Shown piece after piece: positions 1 through 18,729 of a stretch of DNA of 64,000 nt. Within the stretch, counting starts at the first letter, position 1; each line of letters opens with the position of its first letter. The position numbers and the translations under genes were made by a program. Source of the DNA: the human T2T-CHM13v2.0 reference genome, Homo sapiens; assembly GCF_009914755.1 (NCBI RefSeq), contig NC_060931.1; one strand, 5' to 3'. The notes beneath the pieces are model-generated. The model was not told the origin of the DNA. It saw only the letters and a program-made list of their open reading frames with translations, and searched no databases.

Positions 1-172
1 ACTCATGTGATTAGGTTGAGCCCACCTGCATAATCTGAGATGATACTTTCATCTCAAAGTCCTTAACCTTAATCACATCTGCAAAATCCTTTTGTCCATG
101 TAAGATAACATATTCACACGTTCTGGGGATTAGGATTTGGGTATCTTTAGGGGACCATTATTCTGCCCACCA
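1..172. mobile_element. MLT1-type (ERVL-MaLR) LTR end
   Basis: taatcacatctgcaaa...ggattaggat...ccattattctgcccacca. Confidence 0.7.
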
Positions 173-601
173 AAGAGATGAACAGAAATATTTTGGGGTG
201 AAATGATGCCAAAGGAGAAAGCAGGGTAGAAAACAAGGGAATTTGCCACTGATGTTGGTTTCCATGTGATCTCATGTCTAATTCAAACATTGATGAAATC
301 TGCCAGCATTTGAGCTGTACTTAGAATACAGTCATTTGCAGAAGATCAAAAAAGATCCTGGAAAAAGAATAAGATAATCAAAGGGGTTGAGGGAAGCAGT
401 TCCAGACTCTCAGATTAACTGCAGAGTGGGGAGGGTAGAGGTGGAGAGGGTGGTGTAGGAGGGTTATGGGGGGCAGTGTGAGGGAGGGAGGAGTTGCAGG
501 CTCCCAGATGTACTGTGAAACACGAAAATAAATGAGGTGAAGAGAAGAAAAAGGATGAAAAGTATACATTTCCTTGTCTCTCATAAAAGAAAGCTAAGAT
601 A

Positions 602-991
<390 letters not shown>

Positions 992-1570
992 TTATGGAGA
1001 GGTAATTTTGGTATTAATGTTTTAAGGGAATCCCTAGCAGAATCAAAAACTGTATGTTTGTCTTCCAAATGAGTGACAAAGATGACAACAAGTAGAGCAT
1101 TGCCCAGACATCAGAAGGCCAAATAGAAGATTCAATAGCAGAATATTAAAATACAGCATGAAATAGACTGACAGAGGCTGGATCCAGGAGGCATTTACAC
1201 CAGTGATTTGTACCTAACGGTGTAAATTCCACTGCCAAGAAACCAAGACTCTCACACTACAGGACTGTATTTGTTTAACAAATTGCTGCTTCTGAAACAT
1301 CTCGCTGAAGCTGAATGACCTCAAAAGTCTAAAAGCAAAATTGAGAAAGGCAATATTAATTAAAAAAGAAAAGGTGACTTCCAGTGTAGAAAATAGTAAC
1401 CTAACATCTAGGGCAAAACTATTGGCCATGACAAGCAGGAAAATTACTTATGATAAAAATCTAAAATCAATAATACAATTTTGAGATTATCAAAGTTTAA
1501 TTCTTTGAATCAATATAATAAATAAAATACAACCCACGGGAAAGACATGAAAATCATAATTAGAGGATAA

Positions 1571-1870
1571 TTTTTTTTCTTGTTCTTTTTTGAGACAGAG
1601 TCTTGCTCTGTCGCCCAGGCTGGAGTGCAGTGACATCTTGGCTCACTGCAACCTCCACCTCCCCTGTTCAAATGATTCTCCTGCCTCAGCTCCTGAGTAG
1701 CTGGGATTTCAGGCACCTGCCACCATGCCTGGCTAATTTTTGTATTTTTAGTAGAGATGGGGTTTCACCATGTTGGCCAAGCTGGTCTTGAACTCCTGAA
1801 CTCAAGTGATCCGCCCACCTTGGCCTCCCAAAGTGCTGAGATTACAGGCGAGAGCCACCTCACTCGGCCT
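1571..1870 (-). mobile_element. AluS
   Basis: Antisense dimer; TSD-like tagaggataatttt/tagagaatgatttt. Confidence 0.92.
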
Positions 1871-2217
1871 AGAGAATGATTTTGATTGTTCTATGTTAAT
1901 GACAAATTAAGGACACAAAAATTAAATATGGATATAAATGATATAAACAATGAAAATAAGTTAGATGGAATGAATAGGATAAGTTTTTTTACTTTATTGA
2001 AAATATACCTTCTTTTCTTATGTTTGTGATTGTTTATACAAATTGATTATATGATACACACTGAAAGGCACAAAGATTCAAAAAAAAGCATTCAATAAAT
2101 ATAGAATTTTTACAAATATTTTATTAAATAACAGTTGTCTCACAGCTCAAGATTAAAACCACAGATTATTCAGAAAATAAGGAAACTTCTTTTTTATTTT
2201 AAAACATTACAGAAACA

Positions 2218-2459
2218 GGCTGGGGGCGGTGGCTCACCCCTGTAATCCCAGCACTTTGGGACACGGAGGCGGGAGGATCACTTGAGGTCAGGAGTTCAAG
2301 ACCAGCCTGGCCAACATGGTGAAACCTCTTCACTACTAAAAATTCAAAAATTAACCAGGCATGGTGGCGGATGCCAGTAATCCCAGCTAGGGAGGTTGGA
2401 GTGAGCTGAGATCGCACCACTGCACTCCAGCCTGGGCAAAGGAGTATGACTCTGTCTCA

Positions 2460-2460
<1 letters not shown>
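2218..2460 (+). mobile_element. Alu with right-arm deletion, followed by (CA)n at 2461-2496
   Basis: cccagcta|gggaggttggagtgagc junction. Confidence 0.88.
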
Positions 2461-2498
<38 letters not shown>

Positions 2499-2533
2499 CC
2501 CCTGCCACCAAAACCACTATAGAAATATATATT

Positions 2534-2866
2534 CAGTCATGCGCCACATAATGACACTTGGATCAGTGATGAATTGTGTCTATGACAGTGGTCCCATGAG
2601 ATTATAATAATGTATTTTTTGCTGTTTCTTTTCTATGTTTAGATACACAAACACCGTTGTGTTACAGTTGCCTACAGCATTCAGTACAGTCATATGCCGA
2701 ATAGATTTGTAGCCAGGGAGCAATGGGCTCTACCATATGGCCTAAGTGTGTGGTCGGCTCTACCATCTAGCCTTGTGTAAGCTCACTCTGTGATGTTCAC
2801 ACAATGATGGAATTGCCTAATAAAGCACTTGTCAGAATATATCTGTTTTTAAGTGATGAGTGACTG
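2534..2866. mobile_element. Tigger3/MER7-type DNA transposon derivative
   Basis: Termini cagtcatgcg...tgactg. Confidence 0.75.
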
Positions 2867-3187
2867 CAGTGTGGTCAAAGCAGGACTCCAAAATAAATTC
2901 TTAGCTTTGAATATTTCATAATAAAATAAAAAGGTGAAAATAAACAAAACGAAGCATTCTAACCAAAATTTAAAAATAAAGAAAATAATTATACTGTCCA
3001 CTTAAACAACATGAAACCATGAAACCTACCAATAAATGTATTTTAGAAAAGACTAATAGAATAACTAAAATACTAGTTATTTTAGTATAAAATATTATAC
3101 TAAATATAAAATGAAATAATTAATATTAGTAATATTAATTAGTAAATAAATAGTAATTAATATTAAATAAAATACTAAAATAACTGG

Positions 3188-3475
<288 letters not shown>

Positions 3476-4352
3476 CTAAAACACTAGCAAGTTTCAAAAC
3501 ATGAGAGAAAAAAAAGAGGTGTAACAATAGAAAATAATAATGCACTTTTAATGCATTATTATAAATGCAATTACGAGGTGTACATAATTATATTCTATTA
3601 ATAATGAAGCATCTTAATGAGATGTATTATTTTTACATAACATAAATTGACAATGGCAAATTGATATAAGATCAAATAAGAATTTGAAATTATACTAAGG
3701 AATGAAACAAATGAGAAATATTTAATGTGGGTGTTTTCTGCTCCCTGTCTTTACAAAAAGACAGAAAGCTATAAGATTTATCCTGTAAGGGAGATGTTGC
3801 TGTTCCCAATACCTGACCAAGATAACCAAAAGTATATTAGAATAATCTCACTTGTGAATACAAAACTATGTGATTAATAACAGTGTCAGTAAGTAGAATT
3901 TAATGATATCTTAAAATAATAATATAAAAGCACAAAGGGTTTATCCCAAGTATAGAAGTGATCAATATTAAGAAAAACATTAATATATTACTATAGCTTA
4001 TATTACATCTCTGAAAAATGAGTCTATAAATGGATAAATGAGTAGATATTAAAGGGTGTTTTATCAAGTCAATCTATTATTATTTTAAAGTCTTATAAAG
4101 ACATATAAGAATTAGAGACTACTTCCTTAATATTATCAAGAGTATATTCTAAGCTATTAATAATAATTGACATTATGCTCCAAGGAGAAATAAGCCCTCT
4201 AAGGATTTCTCTTCAAACAAAGCACTTAACAAAAGTCCCTTGTCTGCCTTTTTAGTTAATTCACTTTTGAAAGTTATGAGAACTGGCTTTGTGTATCTTG
4301 GCTATCAAGGAGGTTAGAGACTCAACTTTCATCTGAAAGAACTCTAAGTATC

Positions 4353-5059
<707 letters not shown>

Positions 5060-5285
5060 GTAACCTCAAGACACTAGTTCTCTTCCTGCTTCCAGGTGGG
5101 GCACCGCTTGCTTTCTCACCAGGTGCTGCTTTGGAAACACAGCACAATGAAAAACAGAAAGCTCGCTTTTACTTCTTAGGGGTTATCTGGTCTGAACCCC
5201 CCAGTTTGCATGTGAGAACACTGAACTTCGGAAAGGAAAAGTGAGCTATGTAAGAGCAAACACTTACTGGCAGAGCTAGGGATGA

Positions 5286-5639
<354 letters not shown>

Positions 5640-5671
5640 ACCTACTACATTCTTGCAGGTGAGAAGAGTGA

Positions 5672-6104
<433 letters not shown>

Positions 6105-6580
6105 TTGTACCTCTTTTAAATATTTGTTCACTATTTATTCAATGAGTCACATCAGCATATCACCTACCATGTCAAGGGCAAACCAGCAAAGCAGAAGTCC
6201 AGAACAGAGACCACATTTCTGATGTATGACATGTTGACATGGCCTAGGACCCTGTCTCTTAATCTGGTTCTGAGACAGTTTTGGATTGGAACTCAAATTT
6301 GCTGGTTCCACAGCCTGTGTACTGGGCTATGGCACTCAGAGCTCCTGATTCCTGGACAAATGTACTTTCCTTGCGAACCCCTTTCTGAAAACCAAAACTG
6401 AAGATGGCATTATTTTCCCTTCCCAGGTCATTCCAGGGGTATTTCTTGTCCACCTACGTTGTGCAGAGTAATAAGCATGAGACCAGGCAGGCAAGGTCTA
6501 GCCTCACCTAGAGGATAAGACCGGGCTGAAACATGCAACTGCATTTTCAGGCTGTGGTTTAATATTTGTCTCTGGAAATT

Positions 6581-6599
6581 CCAGCCAGGTGGCGCTAGT
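6581..6599 (+). promoter_or_regulatory. Candidate CTCF site
   Basis: cagccaggtggcgctag, one mismatch to CCRSYAGRKGGCRS. Confidence 0.45.
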
Positions 6600-6998
6600 C
6601 TTGACTTCTCTGGCTTCTTTAGGAAGCTTTCTCTTCTGGCTCCTGATGATTGGCTTTCTGTGGGAAGGTGCCTGTAAACTTTCTCCCCATGGACTCTGAC
6701 CTTGCTGCTTGTAGTCTGATCTTTGCTTTGGTTTCTTTCTTGCAGGAGAAGGCTTCTACTGCACAACTGGAAGAAACCATTGCTTTGGGAATTTTCTATC
6801 CTGCAGCCCTTAGCTACCCTTTGCTGGAATGCTGCCACCATGACTGCTAGAGACACTTCGTGGAAGACCGCAGGATGTGCCATCTTTTCTCATGTGGGCC
6901 AGGCACAAGCTTCTGTTCATTCAACCTATGGTTTGAAGGTCAACCCTGTGCAGCAACTGTTTAATCTCTAGAAGAGATGCTGATAAAACTTGGAAATG

Positions 6999-7334
<336 letters not shown>

Positions 7335-7341
7335 TTATGAT

Positions 7342-8146
7342 TGAAACCACCTTTGCAAAAAGTATGACAGTGAGAGAAACATGACATAGAAAAATTATGA
7401 CAGGGAAAGAAATCTGACCTGATTCCATTTTGCTTCTAACCTCCAAGCTGCCTTTGTTCATTCTGGGCATAGACCAACCTAACCATGGGAGAAATTTAAT
7501 TTACAGTTTGACTTTGAATCAAGGATAATAGGACTCCCTTTCTAAAGCTGAACTCCTGCTTGTCCCAGTACTGAAACCATCTTTGTAAGATCCCTGAAAG
7601 ACCACGAGATTGGGATTATAGGAGGGGTCTGAAATCTGCTAAGATGTAGGCTTAGTTAAATAATAACCTGCCATTGTTCCATAGCTTGCTTTCTTATAAT
7701 CCCTAATCATTCAGGATTCATGAATCCAGACTTCACAAGATTTGTGACTTCCCCAATTGCTCATATAGATACCCAAAGGGGGCCTTTTGAGATGTTTTTC
7801 AGACTATTGCATTCTTACAACTAACTCCATTTGGACCCATGACTCAGTACTCAACCCAGTCCTGTGGTCCCCACCCAAAGGCTGACTCAGCTCACGAGGA
7901 CAGTTTTCCACACCCCTATGATTTTATCTTCAACCAATAAGCACTACCCATTGCTTAGCCCCTCCCGGCCAAATTATCCATGAAAACCCTAGCTTCCAAG
8001 CTTTCAGGAAGACTGATATGAGTAATAAACTCCTATCTCTTGCTTAGCTGGCTCTGTGTTTATTAAACGCTTTATTACAATACTTCTGTCTCAGTAAATT
8101 GGCTCTATCTGTGCAGTGGGGGATAAGAAGCCATCAGGCAATTACA
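7342..8146 (+). mobile_element. Solo LTR8-family (ERV1) LTR
   Basis: TGAAACC...ATTACA termini, ttgcttctaacctccaagctg motif, 4-bp TSD tgat/cgat. Confidence 0.82.
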
Positions 8147-8569
8147 CGATTACTCCTTAATACTTAACCAACAGCAATACTCATAAAGCACTATTTCTAA
8201 ATATTTATTCAACACAATCCCCAGAGGCCCAGTGGCATGAACCACAACACTCAAGTTCTTCAAACTGATACCTTAAACTTTTTGGGCTTTATTCACTTCC
8301 CACATATGATGGAAATCAAGTTTCACAGCTTCCCTTTAGGAAGTTGAAATTATTTCTGATTCATGCTGTAACTGCATCCAGTTCTCTCTCCTGCAGTATT
8401 TTTTCCTCAAGCCAAACGGGGCTTGTTGTGTTTTATCCTCATTCACACCATGTATTTCTACACTGTCACCCCTTTGTCCAAGCCATTCTTTTTGCCTGAC
8501 ATGCCCTTCTCATGGATGGATCTCTGCCTTCCCACAGTCCACTTATGCTTCAAAACGCCTCTAAAAATA

Positions 8570-9060
8570 AAAATATCAAAAAGACACCTGCACTTGTATG
8601 TTTATTGCAGCATTATTCACAATAGCAAAGATGTGGAATCCACCTAAGTGCCTATCAAGGGACGATTGGATTTTAAAAATGTGCTATGTAGAAACCATGA
8701 AATACTACTCAGCCATTAAAAAGAATGAAATAAAATCATGTCTTTTGTAGCAATGTGAATGGAACTGGAGGCCATAATCCTAGGTGAAATAGCTCAGGAA
8801 CAGAAAGCCAAACACCGCACAGTCTCACTTGTAAGTGGGAGCTAATCAGTGCATACACATGGTCATACAGAGGGAATAACAGACATTGGAGACTACGAAA
8901 GGTGGGAGGCTGGGAGGGGGTGAGGACTGAAAAAGTACCTATTGGGTGTAATGTTCACTATTTGGGCGATGGGTACATGAAAAGCCCAGACTTCACCACT
9001 CCACAATATATTCCCTAAGAAACCTGCACTTGCACCCCCTAAATACATAGAACTACAAAC
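8570..9060 (+). mobile_element. L1 (L1MA/L1PB-type) 3' end
   Basis: atgtttattgcagcattattcacaatagc...ggaactggaggccat...aagcccagacttcaccact. Confidence 0.82.
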
Positions 9061-9244
9061 AGAATTTAACCCAAAACCAACAGAAAAGCACAAAATGCTT
9101 CCAAATGCCAAATGTTTTATGCTGTGCTATGGAGCTGCGTGGTGTGGGGAACACATTCAAAATTCAGAGTTTTCATGTCTCCCTCAGCGGGTACTTTCTG
9201 CTGGGCTCCTTCTTGTCTCTGACAACCCGGATGCATGGAGAGTT

Positions 9245-9795
9245 CACACACGCACACACACACACACACACGTGTATAAATACATATACACATATTTATT
9301 ACTACACATATACATATTTATAACTACATATATACATATATTTTTTTCACATGTCTATATCTGTCTGCTTGTCTATCCATCTCTGTATCCATCTACTTCT
9401 ATTTATCCCTATCCATCTATCTATCCATTTCTCTCCATCTATACATATCTATTTATGTATCATGTATCCATCTATTGATCTATATCTATCTCTCCCTATC
9501 CATCTATCCATATATCTATCCATTTTTCTCTCCATCTATACATATCTATATTTATCATCTATGTATCCATCTATTCCTCTGTATCTGTCTATGTATCTAT
9601 CATCTATCTATCTATTCCTATTCATCTGTTTCTTTCTCCATCTATACATATCTATCATCTATCTATCTTCTACTTATCTATTTGTCTCTCTACGCCTATC
9701 CATCTATTTCTCTCTCTCCATCTATACTATCTATCTATCTAGCATCTATCTATTTCTATCATCTATCTATCTATCGATCAATCTATCTATCTCAC
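9245..9795. repeat. Compound (CA)n/(TA)n/(TCTA/TCCA)n microsatellite
   Basis: About 550 bp of degenerate tcta/tcca units. Confidence 0.93.
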
Positions 9796-10501
9796 TTATT
9801 CTTCATGGCATGGCTTTGTGTCTTTTATCTTTAATTGATTCCAACAACACTCTGGGAATGAATGAACACACATGTTAAATAAATAAGAGAATGTCCCAGG
9901 ATGCTACTGTCTGATTTTCTTCCAGGCCTATTGGCTGGTTGGGCCCATGCATGTAATGTCAAGGTTGGATATCTTGGCTGCTACGACATATTCCATTTGA
10001 GGAATAATTTAGAAATGTGGGCGCAAGATAAAAATGTCAGTCTGGCTCCTGGTTAACGGGTGTTTCTAATTAAGCCACGATATACAGTGCTCACAGCCAA
10101 ATAACAGTGTGGCTCCGGCGATAACTCACCAAATAGTGTGTTGTCTTCATTATCTCATTCCCTGACATGTCCCTGATGAGTTTATAAATCCCTGTGGAAT
10201 CATGGCCTTGATCTCTTTAATGAGGCCTTTAAAAACTGGGGCAAAATTATAGCAGCAGATAAGGTTGGCTCCGCTGTAGACCTACTTCATAAAGGTTTCT
10301 CCTCCCCCTAGTGAAATAAACACCATTTGCTAGACCCAGGAGTTTAATTCCATGTGAATTGGTCAGGGCATATGATTGAGTTAATTCTTCAAGCAGCAAA
10401 AGAATATTAAAAGTAGTTTCTGTCTTCCCTGACCTAGTGGGTAACTAGGTAACTAGAAATGGAAATATTCCTTTGCTCTAGTAAAGAGAAGGGTAGAGGA
10501 C

Positions 10502-12716
<2,215 letters not shown>

Positions 12717-13380
12717 TGTGTTCGCTTTCCTAGCTAGTTGCTGTGGAAGGAGAATGCTTTCTTCATGGCCTCATCTGTCATTTCGTGTCCCTCTGAAGAA
12801 AACTAGTTTCCACTGTGTAACAGGCAGGCATGAAACTATCTAAAGCACAGTTCAGTCCTAAAAGGTCTGAGAGAACCGAATGATGTACTAGGTGAAGCAG
12901 TGCATTGTGGGAATCACAAAGCAAACAGTACTCCAGAAAGACAAATATCAGAAGCTTCCCCTTCCATTTTTTTTCTTTTTTTTTTTTTGAGACAGTGTCT
13001 TACTCTGTTGCCCAGGCTAGAGCGCAGTGGTGATCACAGCTCACTGCAGCCTTAAGCTCCTGGGCTCAAGCAATTCTCCCATCTCAGCCTCCTGAGTAGC
13101 TGGGACTACAAGTATGCACCACCATGCCTGGCTAACTTTTTGAATTTCTATAGTAATGGGATCTCACTATGTTGCCCAGGCTGGTCTCGAACTCCTGGCC
13201 TCAAGCAATTGTCCCACCTCGACCTCCCAAAGTGCTGAGATTACAGGTGTGAGCCACCTCACCTCGGCCCCCTTCTCCATATGCCTCCAGAAACATGTCC
13301 CTGGAGAGTAGCCTGCTCCCACACTGTCACTGGCTGTCATGGGGCCAATAAAATCTCCTGCGATTGTGTATCTCAGACAT
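12717..13380 (+). pseudogene. SUMF2: Probable duplicated SUMF2 3'UTR fragment, tail-to-tail with PHKG1
   Basis: Unique sequence with an embedded antisense Alu and AATAAA at ~13347, directly abutting the PHKG1 3' end. SUMF2 is the convergent neighbour of PHKG1 at 7p11.2. Identity rests on recall and synteny, not alignment. Confidence 0.6.
12968..13269 (-). mobile_element. AluJ
   Basis: Antisense dimer. Confidence 0.88.
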
Positions 13381-13399
13381 TTCTGTGTCTTTCATCCTC

Positions 13400-14010
13400 A
13401 CCCTGGGACCCTAAAGGCAGAGGGCCCGAGTGTCAGTAACTCTGGTCCTCCCCTAAAGAGAAACGGAGATGGTGGCTCATCTAGGAAGTGGAGGAGCAGG
13501 GGGTTCCTGGTTCTCAGGCCACGTGTGATCTCTGCCCACCCAGGGCCTGCCCCAGCCTGCAGGTATTGCTGTGTGGTGGGAATACCCGCTTCCCTTGTGC
13601 ATAGCCTTTGAGAGGGGATCGTGGCCTCAGCTTCACGGGTTCCTGGCCAGGGCCAAGCGCTCCTTCTGCAGAGGCCTGCATGCATCCTACCCCTTTGACT
13701 TGTATTTCCGTGGCTTCCCCTCCCCACCTGCCCCCCAGCCCTCCCTGACTGGCCAGCCCCTCAGTAGTCCTCCTCGGCCAGGGAGAGCAGCACGGCCTTG
13801 GGTGTGTTCTTGAAAAGGGTTGCCCAGCTCTGCTGCTGCTCCTTCCTCACCCAGGGGCCATAGATTCAGAAAGCGTAGGCGTCGATGAGCCGGCGCAGAG
13901 GCTGGAGGGTGTAGGGGTGGGTCTCGGATGACGATCTCCCGGGTCACCGGGTTCACCCGGTGGTACTGGTAGTAGCTCCGCACTGAAGCCACCACAGTCA
14001 GAGCGATCAC
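13400..14010 (-). pseudogene. PHKG1: PHKG1-derived terminal exon (calmodulin-binding tail and 3'UTR), frameshifted
   Basis: cag|GTGATCGCT; parent-frame stop at 13761-13763; UTR end approximate. Confidence 0.88.
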
Positions 14011-14351
14011 CTGAAGGCCACGCGGAGAAGCTGGGCTGCAGCCCCCGCCCTGCCAGGCCCTGCCCCTCCAGCACAGGACTCTCTGGGCTCATTTGCCACG
14101 AAGCCTTCAGTGGCTTCTGCGGGGCCCTCCTAGTGTCCCCCACTTCCCACTTGGCCAGCATCCTCAGGGACGGAGCCAGTGGGCTGACACCTGCCATCTC
14201 TGAAGCCATCACAGGGCGGCTGGGAGGGGAGGGGTGGGTACTCTGGAAACCCGCGGGGTATAAGGACCCCTGGGGGAGGAGACGGCTTAGAGGTTTGCAC
14301 TTGGGGAGCTGGCGGCAACTGCCACAGGGTCTGGGTCAGGAGGCTTCGTAC

Positions 14352-14477
14352 CTTGAACTTCCCCCGGGGGCTGAAGTGCCGCACTTCCTCCACCACGTAC
14401 TGCAGGAAGAATGGGTGTGCCAAGGCCTCTTCCGCTGTGCAGCAGCTCTGGGGTTGCACCAACAGGAATCGGGAGAC
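14352..14477 (-). pseudogene. PHKG1: PHKG1-derived exon, open reading frame, phase 0-0
   Basis: cag|GTCTCCCGA...TTCAAG|gtacg; 126 nt; [42 protein letters not shown]. Confidence 0.93.
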
Positions 14478-14614
14478 CTGGGAGGGAAGGAGAGGGTACC
14501 CGAGAAACTTAAGGCAGGTCCCCTCCAGCATGTCAGGAGAGGCGGGGCCTCCCTGGGCAAGGGAGCCTGGCATCGCAGCCCTGAGCCCAGGAGCCAGTCG
14601 GCCTTCTCTCTCAC

Positions 14615-14768
14615 CAGGTCCTTCATGGTGTCTGAGTAATCATCCTACTCAGGCGACCCAAACTGGTAGATGCTGCTCATGATCATCCTCAGCATCAGCA
14701 TCTGCTTCTGGTGCCAGAAGGGTGGGGAGCCAGCCAGCAGCATGTACATGATGACGCCCGTGCTCCAC
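14615..14768 (-). pseudogene. PHKG1: PHKG1-derived exon (kinase C-lobe) with W>stop
   Basis: cag|GTGGAGCACG...GACCTG|gtgag; 154 nt; in-frame TAG. Confidence 0.92.
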
Positions 14769-14882
14769 CTGGACGTGAGAGGGCCCAGGGCCACTTACCC
14801 AGTGCCAGGGGCACCGACCCAGCCCTGCCTGCTTCCTCCCTCGCCCAGCCCAGGCGGGTGATCCTCCTCCTGGCGCACTCAC

Positions 14883-14970
14883 ATGTCCCCTCCTTCCGTA
14901 GCCCGGATGGTCCTCATTCATGGAGCACTCCATGATCTCAGGGCCAGGTAACTGGGGGTTCTGCAGACCT
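14883..14970 (-). pseudogene. PHKG1: PHKG1-derived exon (activation segment/APE region), frameshifted
   Basis: cag|AGGTCTGC...GGACAT|gtgag; 88 nt, against 91 nt expected from the parent peptide. Confidence 0.9.
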
Positions 14971-15027
14971 CTGCAGGAACAGTCATCATCAGGACAGGTC
15001 AGCAGGGCGCTCAGAAGAGGAAGTCCA

Positions 15028-15371
<344 letters not shown>

Positions 15372-15915
15372 TTAAAGTTGATGAGATCCTTCTTAATAAT
15401 ATATGCCTCATATTAATGGCAGGTGTTTTTAATATAGTTGCTTCTGATCTCCTGAGCACACCCAGTGTCAGTGACTACCCTGAAACAGCATACCAAATGT
15501 GTGTTTGTGTTTGCCAGTATTCTTCCGGTGAAAGGGTCCAAAGCTTTTGCTAGATTTTCAAGGAGTCTATAATTCCCACTGTCCCCTAACACCCCAAAAA
15601 TCTTTTTTAGGCTCCAGAAAAGAAAAAATCTAAAAATGATTTTTAATTGCTAACCTTTAGTAACTGAATATGTGTATTTAAGCAACTTAATATTATTCAA
15701 CAATATAACTGTGATTGTAAATACATTAAATTAGAAATCAGAGAGAATTAAATATCTATTCCTACTTACATAACTCATCTATAAAATGTTTATTTTACTT
15801 TATCCTTGGGAAGGAGCAGGTAATTTTGCCACCTAAATTATTATTTAAATAACTCTAGGGGGAAAATAAGAGACTGCAGGGAAAACATGCAATGATGTTT
15901 CAAAATCTTCTTTTA

Positions 15916-16239
<324 letters not shown>

Positions 16240-17410
16240 TTAAAAATCCCTGTATAGTAAAAACTGCTATGTCTTTGGAAAAACAATCCCCCGCCTTACA
16301 TGCCTTCAACTGTATCAAATCTAAAGGAACAAAAATTAGTGATTTAGCGCATTTAAAGTAAAGCATGCTAAAAGCTTCAATTAAAAGCAAATGCATAGCT
16401 TTCACAATTAAATTACTAAGGTATGTGCCCTAAATAAAAAAAAAATTACAGTAAAATTTGCTAAAGCTAATTTATTTCCCAAATTACTTTCATAATCATT
16501 ACACTAAATCACTATGAAAATAAATATGCTGTGCGATTGTCTTCTGAAAGTCTGTTCAAAGTTCTAAACCTGCTAAATGTGTGTACTTTCTAAAAGAAAT
16601 CTGCAATATCTAACAGCTAAGATACTGTAAGATTTTAGCCTTGTAAAAATAATCTGACCAAATATACTCAAATACCGTGAAAAAATGTTCATTCATGCAT
16701 ATTTAAAATGAATTTTTTGAAGTCTCTCACCAGTAAAAATTATCTTTCAAATTTTTAACTTTTAAACTAACACCTCACTTCTAGTCATCTTGATTAATTT
16801 TTAAAAAATCAAAACAAACAATTGTGCTTACAATATAGAAAATGTAGGGAGATCACTTTTTGTCTTCACATTTACTATTTTGTTCCAAGTAAAACCTTTT
16901 ATTAAATGGCTGGAAAAACCATTTCAGTTATATCATTGTCTGCCTGCTTTTTAATAGGAAACTCTTACCCACACACATATAGTAGTAAAGCTTACAAACC
17001 TACCAGCGAAATTAAAAACCCAGACAAAGTAATGGAAAAAGCCTAGTAAAACAAGAAAAAGAAAATGGTAACAACATAACCTGAATATGAAACTAAATCC
17101 CCAAAGATTTAGCTCCTTCTAGGGTTGTCTTTATAAGGTTAAAATTCTTGCAAGCCACACCCCTTCATGTGACCAATAAAATTAGAGCCACCACAGAAGG
17201 ATGACCTAGTCAAGTTCTACTTTGCTGCATTACACATGACCCACATTTGGAGTGTAATAAAAGACAATCATGTTTCATTTAAATTATGTGTGGTGGTCTT
17301 TCCTAAAGAACACAGTAAGCAAGTAGATTTACATACTTTTGCTCCAGTGGTTAGTAGGTCACTACGTGCAAAATTTTCCAAAGGAATTTCACTTAAATAA
17401 TTTCAAAGAT

Positions 17411-17887
<477 letters not shown>

Positions 17888-18589
17888 TTAAAACAACTTG
17901 AAATTTTCAGAAAATTGTCTTTATTTCTATTTAGATCAATGAAAACTCTTGTCATGTATCAAGAATTCTGAGGATCTACCTTTGAAACTTGTATTTTTAG
18001 TCATTCACTTATAAAGTTTTCCCAAGATGACTGATGGAGAAGGCTATAAAGAAGAGAAAAATAAATTAACATAAAGGAAAGAGAGACTAGGGTTTGCCCC
18101 AACTTGGAGCAAGGTATCTATTGTCACAATTGGTACCAATGATAGACATCAGTTCTGAAAAAGAGTCACCAATCAAATGTGACTTTAAGTAAAGGGTACA
18201 AGGAAGATCAAGGAAAAAGGAGGCAGATAAAACTTCAAGAAGGACATTTAGCAAACAGAATAAAAAAGAGATGGCCCTCCTCTTATTGGGGATCACTTCC
18301 TTTAAGAGATCAGCAATCTGGATATGACCAACTCTTCTCCCCTTTCCTTTACAAACCCTTGCTGAATTTTCTTTGATTTCAGAGGTTACCATTTCTGTGG
18401 CTTCCAACCACCCACTAACCTCCATACAGGGATGCAAGATACATTCTCTAAGGATATAAGAAGCACTTAGATGGCTCCATACTTTCTTTGTCAGAAACAG
18501 GTAATTACTGGATAGCTGCTAAGAATAGCATCCACTTCTCCAGATCTAACCTTGAGACGAATTATAGCTGACTGGACAAGTTCAGCTAG

Positions 18590-18649
18590 TCTTCAGATTT
18601 AAACCACACAATCTAATTCTTCAGATTTAAACCACACAATCTAATTCTT
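18590..18649. repeat. Perfect 28-bp tandem duplication
   Basis: tcttcagatttaaaccacacaatctaat x2 plus tctt. Confidence 0.92.
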
Positions 18650-18729
18650 GTTTTAAGTCCCTCTAAAATAGAATTGTTCTAGGACTCTTGACATAAAAGA
18701 AAGGCACATTTTCAGACATCTACACTTAT

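Larger units (their letters stand above)
13761..14970 (-). pseudogene. PHKG1: Unprocessed, 5'-truncated PHKG1 (phosphorylase kinase gamma 1) pseudogene: last four coding exons with introns
   Basis: Exons 14970-14883 (EVC.TPSYLA/EIMECSMNEDHPGY), 14768-14615 ([47 protein letters not shown]), 14477-14352 ([32 protein letters not shown]) and 14010-13761 ([25 protein letters not shown]../[16 protein letters not shown]-like end), all with AG/GT borders. Lesions: 1-nt deletion in the APE motif, TAG at 14645-14647, 4-nt ACCC duplication near 13915-13922, TGA at 13866-13868. Confidence 0.96.

Noticed and set aside
6720-6971. Strong plus-strand acceptor ttcttgcag|gag and overlapping ORFs
   Set aside because: No convincing donor or recognisable protein
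9095-9878. Long S/I/Y/L-rich ORFs
   Set aside because: Stop-free frames of a (TCTA)n microsatellite
13761-14970. Functional PHKG1 gene
   Set aside because: N-terminal kinase exons absent; two nonsense codons and frameshifts
18087-18437. Coding-looking purine-rich stretch with ORFs on both strands
   Set aside because: No recognisable homology or exon structure
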